NCBI GenBank assembly: GCA_048013815.1
Contig: CM106586.1
Location: 11,656,001-11,720,000, forward strand
Source of the DNA: Setoptus koraiensis
Taxonomy: Eukaryota > Animalia > Arthropoda
DNA: 64,000 nucleotides
Direction of reading: 5' to 3'
Shown: positions 49,795 through 61,178 of the stretch, piece after piece
Numbering within the stretch: the stretch's first letter is position 1
Layout of the letters: each line of letters begins with the position of its first letter
The notes under the pieces: model-generated
The model's database searches: none
Seen by the model: only the letters and a program-made list of their open reading frames with translations
What the model was told of the DNA's origin: nothing
Made by a program: the position numbers and the translations under genes

Positions 49795-50172
49795 ATGATT
49801 ACTAATCATCAGCATGTCAAGATCGCAAAAGTCAATGTCTTATCCCTAGTCTCGGTCATTCGATATTCATCAACGGAGATGGAAGAGCCAGAAAATACAA
49901 GCAATGTTTCGAGGACAGGGGACAGGACACAGGTGAATCAGGTGACTTACGGGATTCTCATTGGCATTTTGGCCGTAGCGGACATGATACTCATTTGGGC
50001 GATCACCTATTCGTTAGTACACTTCGAGAGGCAAAGCTATCAGATATTGAAGACGACTACAAACTTTAACACTAGCAACACTTCAACCACGAAGAGTGAA
50101 GTTAAGAATACCGTAATCAATTCAGATGGACTGATAAAGACATCAGATTTACAAGTGACCCGCAAGGTCTAA
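49795..50172 (+). CDS. Orphan single-pass membrane protein
   Basis: TM VTYGILIGILAVADMILIWAITYSLV and T/S/K tail. Alternative ATG at M-EEPEN. Confidence 0.6.
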   Translation: MITNHQHVKIAKVNVLSLVSVIRYSSTEMEEPENTSNVSRTGDRTQVNQVTYGILIGILAVADMILIWAITYSLVHFERQSYQILKTTTNFNTSNTSTTKSEVKNTVINSDGLIKTSDLQVTRKV

Positions 50173-50399
50173 GGAAGATGATTATTTTTCATGTTTAGTG
50201 TACACAATTAAAAGACGTATCAATTTCTGATGAGGTCCTCGACAATAATTTGAATTCTCACGCATTCACTATTTGAAATTACTGCATCACAAAGTTCATC
50301 ATGATAGACACTTCTGAATTGTCCAAGTGTTCCTCAATGATAAATAATGTTCAATTGATTACAAAAACTATCATTGTCTGAGAAGCATTAAACTTGCAT

Positions 50400-50687
50400 T
50401 TAAACGGGCGCTTTGAGTCGCAGCTCAACCGGAGCCAAAGTTCCACAGCTTCGTTCTTCTTTTTTTAGAATTTGATCAATGGTGGGCAATTTTCCGAGTG
50501 TATCATCGTCGGTGCTATTCTTGATGAGGGAATCTCGAATAATCTCTTCGTCTATTTCCCCCACTACCTTTTTAGTGTTGCAGTATGTCCTACTCAAAAA
50601 CCATATTCCCACAGCCGTTCCCACGACCATGATAGACATAAGTAGTATTACGAATATTATTCCGACCGGTTCTTGAGAGCCATTCAT
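50400..50687 (-). CDS. Orphan type III single-pass membrane protein, about 95 aa
   Basis: MNGSQEP followed by TM VGIIFVILLMSIMVVGTAVGIWFL. First ATG at 50687. Confidence 0.65.
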   Translation of the reverse strand: MNGSQEPVGIIFVILLMSIMVVGTAVGIWFLSRTYCNTKKVVGEIDEEIIRDSLIKNSTDDDTLGKLPTIDQILKKEERSCGTLAPVELRLKAPV

Positions 50688-51417
50688 CGTTTTCTGCGAC
50701 AATAGAACAATAAAAGACCTAGAATTAAGATACTTGCGATTGACGTATGTTCTTCAGTGAATGAATTACATAATATTGCCTGGTATTAATGGTAGCAACA
50801 AGCAGACGCATGATATGCAGAATCAACTATCATGATAAACTCACTTGACTTAATCTCGCGCCCTCATTCAATTAATGTCACAATATCTATTTTATTTTGG
50901 AAAATTTGTGCAATATGACTGGCATAGTTAGTATATCACCGATGATGTGCGCTGTGACCGTCATGTTGAAGCACGTCGAGTAAGTTCGAAAAGATGGGAC
51001 AAAGTTTGTCCGACAAACTGACGATGTTTGAAATGATATTCCATCTTTATTTCTACTTTTCTTGCTACTACTAGATGCCGCTGCTATTGATACTATAGAA
51101 TAAACAATATTGAACCTACTCTCGACATCTCCTCATCCTCTGTTGTATATGCATACGTATCTGAATGAGATTGTGTCTATCAAACGAAGAATGTATAAGG
51201 AGTGTATAATGAATCTATGATTGATATAAATATGATTAGTTCATATAGTTCGCGCGCCCCTCCAAGTCGAATTTGAGGCTCTCTTTCAAGTTGGTCTCGA
51301 ATCCCCTTTCTAACCCATACCCTTTGACCACCAGACCAATATATTAGCTCGTCCATTCGGCGCCCCTCCTTACCGTCTTCTCTGTATACATCGACCATTT
51401 AGACAGCGCCTGGAAGA

Positions 51418-52374
51418 TTAAGCCTCGGCGAGCTCAGCCGCACGCTTATGTGCTGCCTCGATGGCCGCTGCTATTCCGCTGGCCACGTCCGCTTTATCGA
51501 GAACGTGAACGCCATAAATGGCGGCACCGGAGGGAGAGCACACATCGTCACGCAGCTCGCCAGGGTGCTTGCCGGACTCTAGTTGGGTCTGGGCAGCACA
51601 CTGCACTGTCTTGGCGGCAAACTTGAGCGCCATTTGACGCGAAAGGCCCATCTTGAATGCTCCATCGGCCAAGGCGTTTATGAAATAATAAGCAAACGCC
51701 AGTCCTGAGCCACCGATAGCGCAAGCAGCGTCCATTTGACTCTCTGGCACGTACTCCAAGCGGCCAATTGATGATATTAGTGTTCTCAGACAAGGAGACA
51801 ATTTTTTGCTGTCTGGCTCGCAATCTATTGCGCACAAACCGAGGCCATACATGGCGGCTGTATTTATCATGACTCTGTGCTGCTCGATAACATACTTCTC
51901 TGGGTGATCAGGGTTGATTAATGTTTGTTTGATTTGATCCATTGTCGCCCCACTAACCAGCGACAATATGTACAATGGATGACGCATATAGGGCACGTAA
52001 TTAGTGCACAAAGCCGCCGGTCTAGTGCCGCCTGTCTTAAAGCAACGCCTTATGACAGAGCCGTGAACGCAAATAAATATTATGTCGCAATCGTATCGGC
52101 CAAATATGTCGATATTGCGCTTAGTTATGTGGCAACCATAGTTTTTGAAGCTTTCCAAATTTTTCGAAGTTGGTGCCGCTACGTGAATTCTTGTTGCGGC
52201 CACCTTGCCATAGTTTATTAGGCCCTGAACTAGTGCGTCTGCTATTTTTCCAGCGCCGATGATACCAATTTTCGCCTCCTCGGCGGATAGAGCTCCCAAT
52301 TTCCTCGGCTTGCCGCCTGTCTTGCCGGAGGCTCTCTTTGAGCCGCCCGATGATTTATTTGATTTGCTGCTCAT
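51418..52374 (-). CDS. PYCR: Pyrroline-5-carboxylate reductase with basic N-terminal extension
   Basis: IGIIGAGKIA, HRVMINT, ESQMDAACAIGGSG, ALADG..MGLSR, KHPGELRDDVCSPSG. First ATG at 52374. Confidence 0.93.
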   Translation of the reverse strand: MSSKSNKSSGGSKRASGKTGGKPRKLGALSAEEAKIGIIGAGKIADALVQGLINYGKVAATRIHVAAPTSKNLESFKNYGCHITKRNIDIFGRYDCDIIFICVHGSVIRRCFKTGGTRPAALCTNYVPYMRHPLYILSLVSGATMDQIKQTLINPDHPEKYVIEQHRVMINTAAMYGLGLCAIDCEPDSKKLSPCLRTLISSIGRLEYVPESQMDAACAIGGSGLAFAYYFINALADGAFKMGLSRQMALKFAAKTVQCAAQTQLESGKHPGELRDDVCSPSGAAIYGVHVLDKADVASGIAAAIEAAHKRAAELAEA

Positions 52375-53107
52375 AATTTGTTTGCTAATCAACTAATAAT
52401 TTGTGTCTACTAATACTACCTGTTGTTATTTCTTTGCACTTAATACGATATCTTTGTCTGTTATATCTATTATATTGGTCTAAATCGAGTGGTGAAATTT
52501 GCAAGTCTCTGTGGAACCTACTGATATCTATAATTTTATTGTTGCCACTAACAACAGCTCCAATCAATCGAGTGGCGAGTCACTTCGAGTGCGCTCGTAA
52601 CTAACTAACTCAACCTCATAACTATAGGAGGCTGACTATCTCTCTCCCCCTCTATCAAATCGATTTTATTTCCTCATATATTATGTAATACTTGATACTC
52701 GTGGAATAATTATTGCGCGAATACTTCAGCCTGTAGCTAGCTTGATAAAATATTTCCGCGAGGCACTACATGTAACCAAGCAGTTCAACAGATGAGAATG
52801 ATAAAATCTTTATTGTTTATATCTTCACAACTACAGCTAAGTATGAATTGCATCACTATTCAATAGTTGACAAATAAACAAATATTAGTGCTCAGAGGTC
52901 AATCAAATTAAGTCTCCTCAACTGTACTAGATTGTTTTGTACTTTCAAGCACCCTTAGAAGGTTTTTGCTTTCTTACATACTGTGTAATCCTGTGATACT
53001 TAAATTCATTGCAATTGTGACTCAGTCAAATGTCACGATCTCAAATGAGAGAATGACGAAAAGCAAATGAAAGAGATCAAAAAAGAAAGGCCAGACTAAG
53101 ATGTCTA

Positions 53108-53362
53108 ATGGGCGCCAAAAAGAAATCTAAAGACTGCATGAAAATAATTGATGAGTTGGCCTATATGGTGAATAAATTTATAGGTTATAAAATGCACAGT
53201 AAAGAGAATGGTGCCAAATGAATAGAGTACCTTCATGAATTTTATCATCTTAAAATTGGAGATAAACTTGGCTGTTATCCACTCGTCATCGAATTTGATA
53301 TGAAAAATCACGTCTGCTTGAATAAAAAAGTGAACCACCACTTCAAAGGAAAAAGTGAATGA
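53108..53362 (+). pseudogene. Interrupted basic ORF of unknown origin
   Basis: MGAKKKSKDC...ENGAK*IEYLHEFYHL...KGKSE*, with a single in-frame TGA at 53219-21. Confidence 0.25.
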
Positions 53363-54148
53363 AGAGAGTTTCTGTTGTTCACGAAAATACGCATCGTACT
53401 TAACCTATTACCTAATACTATCGTGCTTTCCCATATACTCTAATTGTACTAGAGACTCTTTAACGCGCAGAAGGAGAAGGTTAGAGATTGGCATGATAAA
53501 CCATTTCGGTTAACCAAACCGAATGTTTTTTTCTGACTAAAAACTGAAACCGAACCGAAGCCCAAAAATCCGCCGGCTATTGGCTTTCGTGATTCCGGTT
53601 TATTCAATAACCCAGTCAGCAAGATGACCAGGTGATGTGATAACACAGAGAATCAATTATTAAGGACTGACTTGGGGTCGACTACAATCAAGCTGTTACG
53701 AAGTTTTTCTATCTGAGACAGATTCTATGAAAACTCATATGCGCTCTTAATTGGTTGTTTGTATCTTGTTTTCTACCAAATTTTCTTCCAAATATAATCT
53801 ATGATTATCAAGCTATCCTTGGACGAATTCGCTGTCGTTCGCCTACAACAATTAAATTGTTACTTAATGGTAAGTGCAATATGTGAGTAAATACCATCTT
53901 ATAAGAGGTGGGAACATTTTATTTTGCATTGCGTGAAGGCGAGATGTTTCAAAAATTCATTTTCCATCCACTTGCTTTGAGAATGGATTCCTCAACAAAC
54001 TGCAATCATACACTTGCTAGTCCCTCAGTCTAGGGACTGAGGCAGGGAGATCGTGGGTCGGGAAGGTTCTGTTGATTTTCTTCTTACCACACTCCCAAAT
54101 CTCCAGAAAACTGAAGAAAAAGAAAAACTTCAGCTGACGAGAAAAAAG

Positions 54149-54208
54149 TGTGACCAAAATTGTGACCAAAATTGTGACCAATATCGTGACCAATATTGTG
54201 ACCGATCG
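54149..54208 (+). repeat. Five tandem 12-bp units tgtgaccaa(a/t)at
   Basis: tgtgaccaaaat x2, tgtgaccaatat, cgtgaccaatat, tgtgaccgatcg. Confidence 0.95.
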
Positions 54209-54339
54209 ATAGTGTGACATTTCTCCTTAAAAGTTTAAAGATCTACGTTCGTAACCTCCCTACGATTTGATAAAAATTTACGTTCGTAACCTCACTACGA
54301 TCTAAAATAGTAGTGAAAAATCCTAGTCTTGGTATCCTA

Positions 54340-54620
54340 GATTTTAACCAAGACTGCGCGACTTTTCTCACAATTTTTTCATTTCACCTTATAGTTCGCT
54401 GAAGGAGACGTCGTTTAGAGCCAGTATTAACCTTGTATCTCAGCTCTCTCGAGGTGAAATTGGGCCTCAAAGTTGAAATTCTGAGAGAAGTGGGTGTGTC
54501 TGGTGAACGAAGAACCAGAAACAGAAATAAACCAGATTTCTGGGATAAACTGAGAGGGATCTTTCCAACCATACCCTATTTTCGGAAATCGGAGACGAGA
54601 AATTAAAACACCGTAATTAA
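54340..54620 (+). mobile_element. Repeat family R1, longest colinear copy
   Basis: Colinear with 61830-62090 (gacgtcgtttagag...cctcaaagttgaaattctgaga...cagaaataaaccagatttctgg). Confidence 0.88.
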
Positions 54621-55512
54621 CACGTAAACAGAGAATGTGAATATCAGTGCGAGTCGCACTGTGCGACACGATGATGTAACATCTTATCAAGACTGTCTAT
54701 CACATGTCCGTAATTTTATCATTCAACAGCAGCCGAGCCATAGAGAATAGGGTAATGGAGGTGTGGGGCCATCGGTTGGTGGTGTCCAGACTAACTTGCT
54801 TCCAACAAATATCGGTTGTAAGATATAAGTGAACGAAAAAAAGTGCCACAAATCGGTTATTTCGTTTTCTGTTCTGACGTTCACGATCATTAGATAGTAG
54901 GGAGGTTGCAAACGTAGATCTTCATACTTTTGAGGAGAAATGTCACGATATCGGTTACAATATTAGTCGCACTTTTTTCTTTTTCTTTTGTTTTCAAGAG
55001 ATCTGGAAGACTGGGGCAGAACTAGGCAGTAGCAAATTAACAGCACTGACTGAGAGGTCTGTTGTACAAATTCACTTATTTATCCAGTACAATGAAGCCA
55101 GAATAGATAAAATACAACTTTATGAATGGGCAGAAGGCGTTCAATACTCATGCTGAAAGTATGAAATTGTGCAAGATGACATGCTCAAACCGAAAATGGC
55201 AAAACAAAAAACGAAAGATGAATCATCCAAGATAGTGAACGTTCAAAAACGTCCAAATTATCTATTAATAACTATCTTCCAGTTTTATGAATAAATAAAT
55301 ATCTATAACTTTATGACAAGATCAATTGTGCCAATCGATAATCAACCAAAAGCACATCAATACATGGTCTAATCTGGTTCGATCCGCGTCAGTTGAGACC
55401 AACCACTCTCATTAACTTAATCGGGATAGAACCGATACATGTAACATGCATGCAGTGATAACGCAAACTGACAACTTTTATTACAACTGTGCTCGTGCAT
55501 TAAAGTAGAAGA

Positions 55513-55531
55513 GAGACTTTGACACACAACC
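55513..55531 (+). promoter_or_regulatory. Shared upstream module core gagactttgacacacaacc (also at 56781, 58381, 59580)
   Basis: Exact 19-mer upstream of each A and full-length B gene, preceded by gctcg(t/c)gcat(t/g)aaa..agaagag. Confidence 0.6.
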
Positions 55532-55842
55532 ATTTTAACTTTCACCTGGTGTATTGCAGAACACTTACGTCACGCGCTCAAGTCCATCTGCAACAAACAA
55601 TTCGAGATTTCACATTCACTTCATCAGGCTTCATTATTAATTTGGTGACTTTTACACCACCGACGAGTAAAGAATTGACGTCTCTTGCAAGTTGCTTGTA
55701 TCATCAGTTGCAACAAAAAATCATCCCTCCTATCTACTGAAAACAGCCGGATACAGCAAAAGCGCCCAGGACAATACCAAAGTTATTAATCGAGTCATCT
55801 GCCAGTTTAGGTAGAGTCAAGGGTTCGCCTTGTGCGCTCACG

Positions 55843-56049
55843 ATGGGTGGTATAAATTTATTTGGCGAGCAAAAAAACGACGAAGCATACACACCAGAAC
55901 AAATAGCGTGCTACTCAGAAATTATCACACCGACTGATTGTGGCTGCTTAACTCATATGATCAAGTACATCATGTATATCACGATGGGGGCGAACTTTTT
56001 GTGTTACACGGCGTTATTTTCTATCATTCTGATTAAGGCTCTAAGATGA
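55843..56049 (+). CDS. Array gene A1: 68-aa C-terminal-TM microprotein
   Basis: MGG...CYSEIITPTDCGC...GANFLCYTALFSIILIKALR*. The paralog at 58693 keeps the ATG, Cys residues, TM and stop. Confidence 0.7.
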   Translation: MGGINLFGEQKNDEAYTPEQIACYSEIITPTDCGCLTHMIKYIMYITMGANFLCYTALFSIILIKALR

Positions 56050-56950
56050 GTGAATGTATTGACGAGGCAACGCTCTCAACTATGATCATAGGACTATTTT
56101 ATATCGGGTGAATCAATGATTGGCGTATCTGAATAACATCAGAAAATCTTTATGAATAAAAAGGCTGATGTTCTAATTAGGTAGTGAATTATTCAAGTAT
56201 GCATGTTGTCATGATATGTTGATAAAATTTCTGAGAGGCTAAAATAGAATAGAAATGCTTACATGTATCATGACCAAATTAAGCTGCATTTTTTCTTAAT
56301 TGATGGAACCATATGTTTTGAATGACAAGCTCCACTGAAAGATACGTAATGTCTATATATATTTGCATTAACATTACTTTTATCGTGAATAAAGAGTCAA
56401 TTGATGCAAGGAAAATCAGACTAAAGAGCTCCTCATGTCGGACTTGAACTCAGTTAGTTCCGTGACTATCATTATGACGTCACTATGTCAAAATGAAAAA
56501 CTAACTTCGAGGCATCAGGTGAGTCAGACGATGTCCATCTACCAGTTGGATAATAATCTTAGTTCAATCAAGATTAACAGCACCGTGAAGTTAGACGCAC
56601 ATCAAGTACTTTATTAATCTGTATATCAACGATTGAAATTGGTGAATTAATATCAGAGTAGGTTGATCAGGATTGCATTCTCATCCTCATCAGCTGAATG
56701 AAATTATAAAAGATAACATGCAAATCGGCTGCTTCTATTACGCCCGAGCTCGTGCATGAAAGTAGAAGAGGAAACTGAATGAGACTTTGACACACAACCG
56801 TTCTAACTTTCATTTCTTACATTTGACTTGAAATTGAGGTGGATATCAGAAAATCTCGCACAAATAACAATTGTTTGGTCAGGATTTGTCGAATAATATT
56901 TTTGCATGTTAGTTGACGGAGTGGTTATAATTTATTGAAATTATAGAGCC

Positions 56951-57382
56951 ATGTATCCCCCGAGATGCATCATAGATGAATTCGAGGATAATTATAATTA
57001 TTATTTATTGCAAAATGATTCAATTTTTGTGGGTCGTTATGAAAGATTCAAGGAAAAAATGCATAAGTACGTAACGTACGGGACCGAATGTGATGATAAA
57101 TTGACTGACTGTCTTGAAAAGTCCTTAGATCCCTATTTAGAACATCCCAATATGCGAAGTTCTTGGTCTAAAGGGTACGCTATTATCTTGACGAGTATGA
57201 ACGAAATCAATTGCACCTCGCATTGCAGCACGCAGTGGATCATGATTGCATCTGGTATAATCTTCTTCTTTATTGGTATGGCGTTGATCGCTGTGGTTTC
57301 AACATATTTAGGCAAACGTGGAAAAAAACAAGACGAACTTGCGACTAAGAACGTTCCCACTCGTTTCCCATTCTTTAAGTAG
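56951..57382 (+). CDS. Array gene B1: 143-aa single-pass protein with Cys-containing ectodomain
   Basis: MYPPRC...EF; C..CLE; NCTSHC...W; TM; basic tail. Confidence 0.78.
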   Translation: MYPPRCIIDEFEDNYNYYLLQNDSIFVGRYERFKEKMHKYVTYGTECDDKLTDCLEKSLDPYLEHPNMRSSWSKGYAIILTSMNEINCTSHCSTQWIMIASGIIFFFIGMALIAVVSTYLGKRGKKQDELATKNVPTRFPFFK

Positions 57383-57598
57383 TGGCAGCAACAATTTTGA
57401 CGAAAAATCATCAGTTAGAAGCTCTTTTAAGACTTGAAGCAATATATGAGTGTCAACCATGAGATCAACTCGATCGAAACTCTTTGTCTCTGCATAGAAT
57501 AAAACGTAACCACCTTAATTTTTTGAACACTCTTGGTGTGCTAGCTCATTCATCATAGTGACCGATAGAGCTAACTTGATTATCAAACAGATCCATGT

Positions 57599-57826
57599 AT
57601 GTTCGAAAATATCTCGGGGAAAATGAACGAAAGTAATTGCTCCTGGCATTGCAGAACGCACTGGATCATGATTGCAGTGGGTATGGTCTTCCTCTTCATT
57701 GGTATCGCGATGATCTGTGTGGTTTCAACATTTTTAGGCAAAGGTAGAAAAAAACGAGGTGAAATTGCGACTAAAAACGTTCCCACTCGTTTCCCATTCT
57801 TTAAGGAGTGGCAGCAACAATTTTGA
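57599..57826 (+). CDS. Array gene B2: 75-aa truncated duplicate of the B1 C-terminal half
   Basis: NCSWHC..W, TM and ATKNVPTRFPFFK shared with B1. The B1 stop TAG is GAG here, adding EWQQQF. Confidence 0.55.
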   Translation: MFENISGKMNESNCSWHCRTHWIMIAVGMVFLFIGIAMICVVSTFLGKGRKKRGEIATKNVPTRFPFFKEWQQQF

Positions 57827-57901
57827 CGAAAAATCATCAGTTAGAAGCCCTTTTAAGACTTGAAGCAATATATGAATGTCAACCATGAGATCAACTCGAT
57901 T

Positions 57902-57905
<4 letters not shown>

Positions 57906-57935
<30 letters not shown>
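57906..57935. repeat. (CT)15 microsatellite
   Basis: Direct reading. The paralogous site near 57480 has only ctctttgtctct. Confidence 0.97.
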
Positions 57936-57937
<2 letters not shown>

Positions 57938-58692
57938 GTAGAATAAAACGTAACCACCTTAACTTTTTGAACACCCTTAGTGTGCTAGATCATTCATCAT
58001 GGTGACAGATAGAGATAAGTTAATTATCAAACTGTTCCATGTATGTAGCCGACTAAGAAAAAAAACAAAGGACAATGAGCATTGAACTAAAGTGACACGC
58101 CGATCCAGAAAAATGCTATGTACCTGTATCTTGATGCCACTTGTTCGAGCATGTTGTCAAGAGAGCTTGCGATGTGATATTTCAAATATGAAGAAATGGG
58201 TCATTATCACTCAAACACACGAGTGGAATCGGTGAACTCGTATCAAAATGAGTTGATTAGAATCGCATTTGCACTCCCATCAGCTTTATCGGGATAGAAC
58301 AGATACATGTAAAATGCATGCAGTGGTAATGCAAATCTACAGTTTCTATTATATCAGTGCTCGCGCATGAAAAAAGAAGAGAGACTTTGACACACAACCA
58401 TTTTAACTTTCACCTGGTGTATTGCAGAACACTTACGTCACGCGCTCAAGTCCATCTGCAACAAACAATTCGAGATTACATTTTTCGCTTCATCAGGCTT
58501 CCTAGTCGATATAGCAACTTTCACAACACAGATGGGCAGAAAATCAACATCGCTTTCAAGTTGCTTGTATCATATATCGCTGCAACAGAAAATTCAATTC
58601 AGATACAACAAAAGCACGAAGGACAATATCAGAGTTATTAATTGAGTCACCAACAGTCTAACATACAATCAAGCTGTCGCCTTGCATACACC

Positions 58693-58851
58693 ATGGGCGA
58701 TATTACGGGAACAAAATGCTACGCGGAACTGATTAGCCCGACTGACTGTGGGTGTGAGATACGATATCTGTTTAGGTATATCATGTTTGGAGCGAACTTT
58801 TTGTGTTACACGGCGTTGTTTTATATCATTCTGATTAAGGCTCTGAGATGA
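58693..58851 (+). CDS. Array gene A2: 52-aa C-terminal-TM microprotein
   Basis: MGDITGTKCYAELISPTDCGCEIRYLFRYIMFGANFLCYTALFYIILIKALR*. Confidence 0.68.
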   Translation: MGDITGTKCYAELISPTDCGCEIRYLFRYIMFGANFLCYTALFYIILIKALR

Positions 58852-59770
58852 GTGAATGTATTGACAAGGCAACGCTCTCAACTATGATCATAGGACAATT
58901 TTCAATTGGATGAATTTAATGATTGGCATATCTGAATAACATCGGAAAACCACTATGAATAATAAGGCTGATGTTCTAATTAGGTAGTGAATTATTCAAG
59001 TATGCATGTTGTCATGATATGTTGATAAAATTTCGGACAGAAGTCAATCTAATAAAAATGCTCACATGTATCATGACCAAATTTCCATCATTTCTTGATT
59101 GATGGAACCATATGTTTTGAATGACAAGCTTCACTGAAAGATACGTAATGTCTATATATATTTGCATTAACATTACTTTTATCGTGAATAAAGAGTCAAT
59201 TGATGCAAGGAAAATCAGACTAAAGAGCTCCTCATGTCGGACTTGAACTCAGTTAGTTCCGTGACTATCATTATGACGTCACTATGTCAAAATGAAAAAC
59301 TAACTTCGAGGCATCAGGTGAGTCAGACGATGTCCATCTACCAGTTGGATAATAATCTTAGTTCAATCAAGATTAACAGCACCGTGAAGTCAGACGCACA
59401 TCAAGTACTTTATCAATCTGTATATCAACGATTGAAATTGGTGAATTAATATCAGAGTAAGTTGATCAGGATTGCATTCTCATCCTCATCAGCTGAATGA
59501 AATTATAAAAGATAACATGCAAATCGGCTGCTTCTATTACGCCCGAGCTCGTGCATGAAAGTAGAAGAGGAAACTGAATGAGACTTTGACACACAACCAT
59601 TCTAACTTTCATTTCTTACATTTGACTTGAAATTGAGGCGAATATCAGAACATATCGCACAAACAGCAATTGTTTGGTCAGGATTCGTCGAATAATATTC
59701 TCGCGTGGTAATCGAAGGAATGGTTATTATATATTGAAATTATAGATAACAACACACCTGTAAAACGCTC

Positions 59771-59855
59771 ACACACAAAGACACATAATGACACACAGAG
59801 ACACATAAAGACACACAAAGACACACACACGGAGAAAGAGAGAGAGAGAGAGAGA
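59771..59855. repeat. Five 10-bp acaca(c/t)a..g units plus (AC)n and (GA)n immediately 5' of the B3 ATG
   Basis: Absent at the paralogous B1 position (ttatagagccatg). Confidence 0.9.
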
Positions 59856-59858
59856 ATC

Positions 59859-60266
59859 ATGTTCCCTCCTGAATGCTTAAAAATGGAGTTCGATAGGATT
59901 CAGGCCCGGCCGAATGATAACCCTCACTTTGATCCAAATTGGTGCGATGCTTATGGATGTTCTATAGTGAATAAAGACATGAGCGATGCACAAATATTAA
60001 GTCGGACGGAATTCTTGCGGGAATGTTACGAGGAAATTCTTCCGCTCTTGGGACTAGAACAGGCAAAACGGACTTTCACAGAAATTAATAAATTCAATTG
60101 CGACTCGCATTGCAGCTCGAGCTGGACCCTAGATGCTTTGGTTGTTTTCTTATTCTTTATTGGTATAGCGATGATCATTCTTGTTTCAATGTTTTTGGAC
60201 AAACGTAGAGTAATGCTAAACGGATCCGAGGAAAAAAAGTCTCGATCCCATTCTCCTAAGCGCTAG
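59859..60266 (+). CDS. Array gene B3: 135-aa single-pass protein, ectodomain strongly diverged from B1
   Basis: MFPPEC...EF; ECYE; NCDSHC...W; TM FLFFIGIAMIILVS. Confidence 0.78.
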   Translation: MFPPECLKMEFDRIQARPNDNPHFDPNWCDAYGCSIVNKDMSDAQILSRTEFLRECYEEILPLLGLEQAKRTFTEINKFNCDSHCSSSWTLDALVVFLFFIGIAMIILVSMFLDKRRVMLNGSEEKKSRSHSPKR

Positions 60267-61178
60267 CAATTTTGAAGAAAAAAATCACCAGTTCGAAGCA
60301 CTCTCGAGGCTCGATCCAATATAAATGTCAATTATGAGATCAACTCGATCGAAACTCTTCTTCTTTGCACAGAATAAACCTTATTCATCTTAACTTTTGG
60401 AGCACCCTTAGTGTGCTAGACACATACCGGTATTAACACATATTGACACATACCGATGCATCAATAACCGTGCACTCAAGTCCATCTAACGATTTTATTT
60501 CTCGCGTCATTTCTGATTATCAATCAATTATAAGCAGCCGGTGGATGTATCCCGAAGAGATAGTTTGTATGATGATGGCAGACACCTCTTCGATTCCGAC
60601 TTGTTGTGTTTTTCGAGATCGATCTAAGATCCGAACTTTTCTAGTGATACAAGCGAATCGAATTTCAAGTGAAACTGCAGCCTCTTGAGTATCCTGTTTT
60701 TATACCGGTCTTAGAAACAAAATTATATCGAATGACTCGAGCAGTAACGACAACCTAATGTGGTAGCTTGATGATTGGTTGGTTTCATCTAAGACAATGT
60801 TTTAATCAGATCGTTCATATTTATCAAGGGCACATTAATGATAATTATCAAGTGACTGGTATTTATTATCCTTTCAGAGAGGTGTATTTTTCCTATGTGC
60901 TATCTCACAATCGATTTCTTCATCGCAAGGCGTGGGATCCATCAATGGAAGTGGATGTTTCTTGGTCAGAGTTCTTGAAGTCTCATTTACAGGTGCGTGT
61001 ACGGCATCTTCTATAATAATTTTCTATTGGTTGTGCATATTAAATTGATAATGTTTTGAAGTGTGATCAAAAGGAATTGAAAGGAAAAAAATGATTAGAG
61101 TCCAATAAGTGACATGCTGCAAATAATAAAAAAATACAAAATGCATTGAACATCTAATCTCTGTTTCGTGCTTCGCAT

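Larger units (their letters stand above)
54018..55061. mobile_element. Non-autonomous DNA element with long (about 150-200 bp) inverted repeats enclosing an R1 copy
   Basis: 54214-54263 matches the reverse complement of 54897-54946 at 45/50. Weaker similarity continues outward to about 54070 and 55042. Outermost tagtccctcagtc and gactgagaggtctg. No TSD found. Confidence 0.8.
55420..60560 (+). repeat. Tandem segmental duplication (period about 2.8-2.9 kb) with an internal 0.43-kb duplication
   Basis: 55420-56940 aligns with 58290-59750, near-identical over 56290-56840 vs 59090-59640. 57210-57590 is repeated at 57635-58040. A partial third unit starts at about 60440. Confidence 0.95.

Noticed and set aside
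56435-59449. Duplicated 60-71 aa ORF MSDLNSVSS... at 56435 and 59234
   Set aside because: Its conservation simply reflects the near-identical duplicated spacer. No coding signature is visible and the stop position differs.
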